Shown in pieces: positions 63,001 to 64,000 of a stretch of DNA of 64,000 nucleotides. Numbering within the stretch: the first letter of the stretch is position 1; every line of letters begins with the position of its first letter. Below the pieces are notes generated by a model that did no database searches, was not told the DNA's origin, and saw only the letters and a list, made by a program, of their open reading frames with translations. Source of the DNA: Candidatus Omnitrophota bacterium (GTDB lineage: Bacteria; Omnitrophota; Gorgyraeia; Zapsychrales; JANLHA01). Both the position numbers and the translations under genes were made by a program. The stretch covers positions 1,178,662 to 1,242,661 of the forward strand of contig OY759724.1 of NCBI GenBank assembly GCA_963662715.1, written 5' to 3'.

Positions 63001-64000
63001 CCAAGATAGCGTTAATGTCTGTTATATCTGATTCAGTTAAGTTTGTTAACGGCTCAACGCCATCTGTTGTGATCTTCATCAAGCCGGCGCCGGTTCGGTA
63101 AATCAGGTACGGATCCTGCTGATCCGGAGTGGCGACGCCGGCGCCTTCTGTTCTGAACTGTGCGTGATCATCGATTCTCAGGATCGACATGACCGGCAAG
63201 GCTTCCTTCAGCTCAAAGTTCTGCTTAGCAATCTCCATTCTCTCTCTCAAGCTCAAGTTCGCAATAACGTCATGCTGTTCGACTTTGGCATCCGCCTCCG
63301 TTTCGCTCATAAACCAGATGCCTTCTTCTCTATAAGATTCGTCAATCGCTTTGAATTCACCGTCAAGTCTGCCTAACCGGGTCGGGACCGTTACCTCTTG
63401 TCCGCTGGTCAACCGTGTTCTTAACCGGCCAAGATTATCCACATCAAGATTTTCGAAATAGTTCATAATTGTTCTGACATACTTCGGTGTTTCCTGGTTC
63501 TTGGAGACATCACCCTTAATAACTCTCGGGTAATACCCGGCAGAATACCCCGGTCCGGCGTTGTATCCGGCCAAGGTGTACTGCAGAAGCTCTCTTAACG
63601 TAAGGTCTTTGTTCTCATACTTGCTGTTCAACATGGTATCCATAACCTTGGCCACATAAGCGACGCCAACGGTGATATTCTTCTCGCGGTCGAACGCTTC
63701 ACCATAGGACCATCTGCTGTCGATAAGGCCTCGGCTGTAAAGCGTGTTAACCATGGAAGACCAGGTGCCCGGCATGATCTGCATAATGCCTGTTGCGCCG
63801 GCCCGGCTGACAGCTCTCGGTTTGAAGCGGCTTTCCTGATACATCATGGAAATAATGAATTTCTCCAATTCGTCCTTTGTAAATAACGGCTGGCCGTTGT
63901 TGTCTTCAAATTCTTCGGCGACCTGTTTAAAGATCGGGTAGTTCTTCCAGGCATCTTCGAGGATATCATCGAGTTCACGGATATCATGGCTAACCGGTGT
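1..64000 (-). CDS. Internal fragment (about 21,333 codons) of a giant multidomain membrane protein; neither start nor stop codon lies in the window
   Basis: Minus-strand frame with codon low coordinates = 2 mod 3. Hand translation at about 45 checkpoints (for example 1076, 4682, 11762, 13322, 22316, 30002, 36722 to 36976, 40034, 47162 to 47490, 50876, 63962) gave coherent, stop-free protein in this same frame every time. None of the minus-strand ORFs in the supplied track is in this frame, which is expected if the frame has no internal stops, since the track only lists complete Met-to-stop ORFs. Recognisable enzyme motifs occur throughout, all in this frame. Confidence 0.85.
3060..4690 (-). 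other. GT9-family glycosyltransferase domain (LPS heptosyltransferase-like)
   Basis: C-terminal signature KLINSADVVVTPDTYTMHAATAMGKIVVTPWG (compare L-I-x-N-D-S-G-x-M-H-L-A-A-A-L-G-x-P-x-V-x-L-F-G; checked at 3605 to 3770). N-terminal RVLILSPTKRDYGVELIES Rossmann-like start. Confidence 0.5.
7250..8210 (-). other. Possible GT-A-fold glycosyltransferase-like segment inside a large unassigned module (5830 to 8660)
   Basis: GDLDVVVTVPFYSEGDTIDNVLEAI (checked at 8101 to 8200) resembles the GT2 N-terminus. An ATYDADL acidic motif lies about 270 aa downstream, which is further than usual for a DxD motif. Confidence 0.25.
8680..9520 (-). other. HD-domain phosphohydrolase
   Basis: LSLQIAAMGHDIERY (H…HD, checked at 9178 to 9215) and downstream VAFLIRHHDAG (checked at about 8990 to 9040). 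Confidence 0.55.
9854..11525 (-). repeat. Copy A of the 1.67 kb near-identical direct duplication (modules X and Y), 19,733 nt away from copy B
   Basis: As above. Its high-coordinate (N-terminal) edge coincides with an SSP[LI] junction (GSSPLEERETSPRPWNG against TSSPIEERETSPRPWNG). Confidence 0.9.
11830..12260 (-). repeat. 4 to 5 in-frame tandem copies of a unit of about 96 nt / 32 aa (VGASTMMSSTPLTQEEYTAWKQAQAAEEVSSP). A related VGAST(L/M)MSSSPL-EEY-AW unit recurs at about 36130 to 36290 and 42868 to 43230
   Basis: gacatcatcgttgacgcgcccaccgg recurs at 12036, 12132 and 12228; diverged copies at about 11842 and 11943. Confidence 0.8.
13290..13850 (-). repeat. About three in-frame tandem copies of a 213 nt / 71 aa unit (…GEVSSPVAGAGTNNERVKGQGTYTVAAVLLKGETGDAVAAGRSSGVREERSELSERIAGNRTKTTDLLSEA…)
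   Basis: Codon-checked at 13322 to 13381. The plus-strand artefact ORFs at 13344..13532 and 13557..13745 are identical to each other (213 nt offset). A diverged single copy lies at about 37600 to 37700. Confidence 0.85.
13850..14510 (-). other. GHKL-type ATPase domain (HATPase_c-like, anti-sigma-kinase-like)
   Basis: NIAQHGSGFGLILLE … IHVIVLDQGKGF … GGNFGHGLTLT (N-box, DxGxG and GxGL boxes; the last checked at 14041 to 14070). Confidence 0.45.
14520..15490 (-). repeat. Paralogous module copy 2 (diverged duplicate of 17370 to 18340)
   Basis: As above. Both copies begin right after an SSP[IV] junction and end at one. Confidence 0.8.
15500..16650 (-). other. Alpha/beta-hydrolase-fold domain (esterase/lipase-like)
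   Basis: Oxyanion-hole-like PVILFIHGNGRG and nucleophile elbow GVVTHSNGGTIF (x-H-S-x-G, checked at 15961 to 16060). Confidence 0.5.
17370..18340 (-). repeat. Paralogous module copy 1 (about 325 aa, unknown function; AKGEEDEDQLSLFGPTKGQIRK…MAGINAIR…)
   Basis: About 85 % identical at the amino-acid level to 14520 to 15490. The antisense ORFs in the track (14877..15164 and 17724..18011) are also similar to each other. Confidence 0.8.
19040..20280 (-). other. Histidine kinase core (HisKA-type H-box + HATPase_c)
   Basis: H-box ILTHDLRSLLFAV (checked at 19921 to 19980); N/G boxes LKNLISNAYSHAG, ISFRDNGQGF, EDEAHGLGLYLSRKIIEE (checked at 19141 to 19220). Confidence 0.65.
21180..22430 (-). other. 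GT30-family glycosyltransferase domain, KdtA/WaaA (Kdo transferase)-like
   Basis: RKSIVVSACGVGEVINSISLIEALQQTYPDYRIVLLTNST (compare IWxHAASVGE…P…ILLTT in KdtA; checked at 22205 to 22325) and the C-terminal LGGHNPLEPANFAKPVIVGPYTENF (compare GGHNxLEPAA…P…GPH; checked at 21361 to 21440). Confidence 0.6.
22900..23900 (-). other. Radical SAM domain
   Basis: PVIQIMSGCNRGCLICLFG, a canonical CX3CX2C cluster (checked at about 23785 to 23830). Confidence 0.6.
25750..26090 (-). other. Minimal nucleotidyltransferase (Pol-beta superfamily) domain
   Basis: RLVYAFGSSLWSTEPNDIDVVIVAD (G-S-x(9-13)-D-x-D signature, checked at 25865 to 25990). Confidence 0.45.
26400..27960 (-). other. GT4-family (GT-B fold) glycosyltransferase domain
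   Basis: YSSTFEAFGNGLIEGIAAQRPVIVYP (E-x-F-G-x-x-x-x-E-x-x-A motif, checked at 26585 to 26690) plus an N-terminal Rossmann-like half. Confidence 0.6.
28020..28640 (-). other. Class I SAM-dependent methyltransferase-like domain
   Basis: PESRVVSVGPGDYAISLKGAHHVETF (G-x-G-x-G-like motif I, checked at 28501 to 28580) and DVVIMMSVLSYPG. Confidence 0.35.
29587..31258 (-). repeat. Copy B of a 1.67 kb near-identical direct duplication (about 98 to 99 % nt identity with 9854 to 11525); encodes unknown module X (about 390 aa) + SSSPV + most of unknown module Y (about 160 aa)
   Basis: Direct nucleotide comparison. The plus-strand artefact ORFs in the track are near-identical pairwise (9770/29636, 10436/30170, 10690/30424, 10727/30461, 11304/31038, 11345/31079). 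Identity begins at gattgatgccccagttgttcagg and ends at gactagtctccctctcttc. Confidence 0.9.
31380..32080 (-). other. Nudix hydrolase domain preceded by a winged-helix-like segment
   Basis: Perfect Nudix box GHPRIGEAGIKAIQREFQEELGV (Gx5Ex7REUxEExGU, checked at 31685 to 31780). Upstream IIQAFGQQDAVVLRHLARKLGIRTSSLTKLI looks like an HTH. Confidence 0.7.
32620..33400 (-). other. HAD-superfamily phosphatase domain (sugar-phosphate phosphatase-like)
   Basis: Motif I RMILSDYDGTLAA (DxDGT, checked at 33352 to 33400) and motif IV VLVLGDNYDPENALSDIGM (GDxxND-like, checked at 32701 to 32780). Confidence 0.6.
33780..34450 (-). other. Type I phosphoribosyltransferase-like domain
   Basis: KDKTVVVLDDHAGSRLTLLELQYLLLNAGAKRVIILAL (checked at 33901 to 33960): hydrophobic x4, then D-D, then a small-residue loop, as in the PRPP-binding motif. 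Confidence 0.45.
34700..35930 (-). other. Nucleotidyltransferase domain, CCA-adding / poly(A) polymerase head type
   Basis: VKGSVFLYGWMVRDLLRGERPEHLGYLMSED … DLTINRM (checked at 35765 to 35845) matches the G-G-x-V-R-D…D-D/E-D and RDFTIN motifs of PolyA_pol-type nucleotidyltransferases. Confidence 0.5.
36690..37760 (-). other. Module with two predicted TM helices flanking a zinc-metallopeptidase-type HExxH motif (H-E-T-A-H at 37193 to 37207)
   Basis: VLKTLLMISTFVMVLFGFS (about 37480 to 37540), then ALVAHETAHNLYPLSRGLGFVEH, then MFEIPGILALLGTFILLFKL (36797 to 36856, translated codon by codon). The module also holds a diverged copy of the NNERVKGQGTY repeat (about 37620 to 37700). Confidence 0.4.
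37790..38500 (-). other. Arginase/deacetylase-fold domain (UPF0489-like), putative
   Basis: KILHIDAHADAEMTRRY (DAHxD motif, checked at 38161 to 38260) and a downstream FNVLDVDLDVLRGL acidic motif. Confidence 0.3.
38960..39980 (-). other. SAM-dependent methyltransferase, MidA/DUF185-like
   Basis: AKFSVVEMGAGNGTYALNIMSYLKEYQPQLFQALEYVIVEFSSNL (checked at 39781 to 39830): E-x-G-A/P-G-x-G-T-L/Y motif followed by IVE-S. Family assignment is tentative. Confidence 0.4.
40290..40520 (-). other. ACT regulatory domain
   Basis: GKMTLHLPYDRIGLLKDIVAVITQHLGNVHEQKVEGDNLVIDMDI (checked at 40385 to 40510). It matches the D-R-x-G-L-L-x-D-I pattern at the C-terminus of RelA/SpoT homologs. Confidence 0.5.
40780..40990 (-). 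other. TGS domain, as found after RelA/SpoT synthetase domains
   Basis: IRGRQIRSEKYELQNGDIVGINPLTP (codon-checked at 40861 to 40920). It lies between the synthetase and ACT domains in the usual order. Confidence 0.45.
41000..42060 (-). other. RelA/SpoT-family (p)ppGpp synthetase domain (NT_RelSpo-like); no HD hydrolase motif seen upstream
   Basis: ESGVKFSMSSRVKSVYSIAEKFERQEKRAKDDPLYDLLGLHVVVKGEIQDYWEALTLIDE matches the synthetase signature GRxKxxxSIxxKMxRK…IxDLxGxRxI. Checked at about 41540 to 41600. Confidence 0.6.
42100..42790 (-). other. Class I SAM-dependent methyltransferase domain
   Basis: Motif I peptide AALLDIGAGDNAFANTIAA, codon-checked at about 42560 to 42610. Bounded by SSP junctions at 42085 and the repeats at 42868. 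Confidence 0.55.
42868..43230 (-). repeat. Three in-frame tandem copies of a 120 nt / 40 aa unit (VGASTLMSSSPLSAEEYAAYLASKEADTVSSSIKEAAKST)
   Basis: Exact 120 nt periodicity: gagctcatcaacgtggaagcgccg at 42867, 42987 and 43107. Confidence 0.85.
43600..45650 (-). other. Long K/E-rich alpha-helical or coiled-coil region; no enzyme motif found
   Basis: Translation is dominated by E, K, L and A with heptad-like spacing. It ends at the tandem junction motifs KASSSPVLEEVSSPV (43535 to 43580). Confidence 0.4.
45680..46940 (-). other. C-terminal transmembrane bundle of the glucan-synthase module, plus a G/S/N/Q-rich low-complexity loop (about 45830 to 45960)
   Basis: FVASIGYFLRKPFVVISNTTYLLTIVLFGMSLFAGF, LFPLLAITYMSLVYNAFSV, GWVIPSILFVISGTILWM, LFPSLMALASMFAPFLL, ALTTAVIVGLSLLMGGYPYIPLMLYIIVYPL, LVMSTLTVLGLILGLIVNV. 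Then PQNNDNGDSGSSQGQGSDNPQNGGKGGSGSG, then GWFAGAGVSMWLISSFLLPLLPSGFLGLFAFAGAGIFAGSFF. Confidence 0.6.
46950..49060 (-). other. GT48-type 1,3-beta-glucan synthase catalytic domain (FKS1 / callose-synthase-like)
   Basis: Codon-checked peptide at 47162 to 47490: GQGKPMNQNNILRFTRGQIVMVMDMNQDLYLEE…IVGVPEDIFTDEFSPAGAVHAFGDHTFVT…RYHYGHPDF…NEDIFGAY…QAGKGRE…KFGAGAAEQ. It is colinear with the FKS1 hallmarks GKPENQNHAIIFTRGEY-Q-ID-NQDNYLEE / ILGAREYIFSE / AAGKEQTFGT / KLHYGHPDF / NEDIYAG / QCGKGRDLGF / KIGAGMGEQ. It sits between two TM bundles, as in FKS proteins. Confidence 0.75.
49080..50870 (-). other. N-terminal transmembrane bundle of the glucan-synthase module (at least 6 predicted helices)
   Basis: Hydrophobic segments of 20 to 25 residues: VVGGLGGAYLLGILIIGKIVAWI, ATLLGTIVASSYGLIWSGVW, LAGASLVSWLTGVGIVVGLAILVYF, IVMGLSFLAKFVFNLYIW, LPFGNVILLAGAFSVFFMIFLLDIFAYFYLI, FISWPALGIILGGMLALKLLNVILA. 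Confidence 0.6.
50900..62330 (-). other. Large region without the SSP junction motif, probably extracytoplasmic: coiled coils, beta-rich stretches, diverged internal repeats; no enzyme family recognised
   Basis: Translation has long heptad-like E/K/L/Q runs (about 58300 to 59400, 61050 to 61200) and alternating hydrophobic/polar beta-like stretches (about 56500 to 57300). There are no SSP[VIL] junctions, unlike the downstream part of the protein. Confidence 0.4.
51380..52250 (-). repeat. Two diverged copies of a unit of about 70 aa (…WSDVSEKLLHNGWAQRTGLEEIHLIVNLNDVRAEMTEVFGADAKTLLPLLG… / …WEEISEKLLARGWAEPYTDETEIRLIVNPEDIKSSIAEVFGTDADKVLPVLQ…)
   Basis: Visible both at nucleotide level (51400 to 51600 against 51960 to 52170) and in the translation. 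Confidence 0.5.
62340..62690 (-). other. Degenerate LytM / peptidase M23-like domain; the catalytic HxH is replaced, so probably non-catalytic (EnvC/NlpD-like)
   Basis: SYMDGTVISVEPGPFGEEIIIE ... IFGHLTGTNVNLVGQEIKAGTILGLAGTFRTETTAQSEYVFKLKINDETLSLMNPY lines up with the M23 core (xHL..v.VkvGq.VkaGq.IG.vGsTG.stGPHLHFE). The HLHFE position reads SEYVFKL instead. Confidence 0.55.
63480..63970 (-). other. Lytic transglycosylase domain (SLT / GH23 family)
   Basis: Translated peptide MMYQESRFKPRAVSRAGATGIMQIMPGTW (catalytic Glu in ES-RF; AxSxxGAxGLMQ-like core) followed by LAGYNAGPGY (AYNAG motif). Checked codon by codon at 63541 to 63840. Confidence 0.8.

Noticed and set aside
1-64000. Alternative genetic code (stop-codon reassignment) as the reason the ORF track shows only short ORFs
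   Set aside because: The real frame contains no stop codons at all in the checked regions, so no recoding is needed. The short ORFs are simply the wrong frames and the wrong strand.

Overview
The supplied ORF track misses the main feature: the whole 64 kb window reads as one uninterrupted minus-strand reading frame. Its codons sit at plus-strand positions whose low coordinate is 2 mod 3, and I found no TAA/TAG/TGA at roughly 45 hand-translated checkpoints between 1 kb and 64 kb. That gives an internal fragment of about 21,333 codons from a giant gene with both ends outside the window. The track only reports Met-to-stop ORFs that lie completely inside the window, so this frame is never listed. 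Every short plus-strand and off-frame ORF in the track is best read as antisense or out-of-frame noise inside this gene. Read N to C (high to low coordinate) the protein has three parts. (i) About 4,300 aa that are probably extracytoplasmic, starting with a canonical GH23 lytic transglycosylase (SLT motif ES-RF-PRAVSRAGATGIMQIMP) and a degenerate LytM/M23 domain, followed by long coiled-coil and beta-rich stretches. (ii) A membrane module containing a eukaryote-type GT48 (FKS/callose-synthase-like) beta-1,3-glucan synthase catalytic region, with multi-helix TM bundles on both sides. (iii) About 15,000 aa that are probably cytoplasmic: a beads-on-a-string array of more than 30 unrelated small enzyme or regulatory modules. 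Many of them sit between occurrences of a highly over-represented S-S-P-[V/I/L] junction motif, which occurs at least 50 times in this part and not at all in part (i). Its spacing is roughly 250 to 1,200 aa, with a few longer and shorter gaps. The modules I can recognise are four SAM methyltransferase-like domains, a RelA/SpoT synthetase with TGS and ACT domains, an arginase-fold domain, a TM-anchored HExxH motif, a CCA/poly(A)-type nucleotidyltransferase, a PRTase, a HAD phosphatase, a Nudix hydrolase, a GT4, a minimal nucleotidyltransferase, a radical SAM (CX3CX2C), a KdtA-like GT30, a histidine kinase, an alpha/beta hydrolase, a GHKL ATPase, an HD hydrolase and a GT9 heptosyltransferase-like domain. 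Internal structure includes a 1.67 kb near-identical direct duplication whose N-terminal edge falls at an SSP motif, a second diverged module duplication, and three families of short in-frame tandem repeats. No RNA genes, CRISPR array, mobile element, promoter or terminator can be supported, because the whole window lies inside one coding region. The architecture resembles the giant genes reported from uncultivated predatory bacteria such as Omnitrophota, but that attribution is an inference. The translations are done by eye and should be confirmed computationally.
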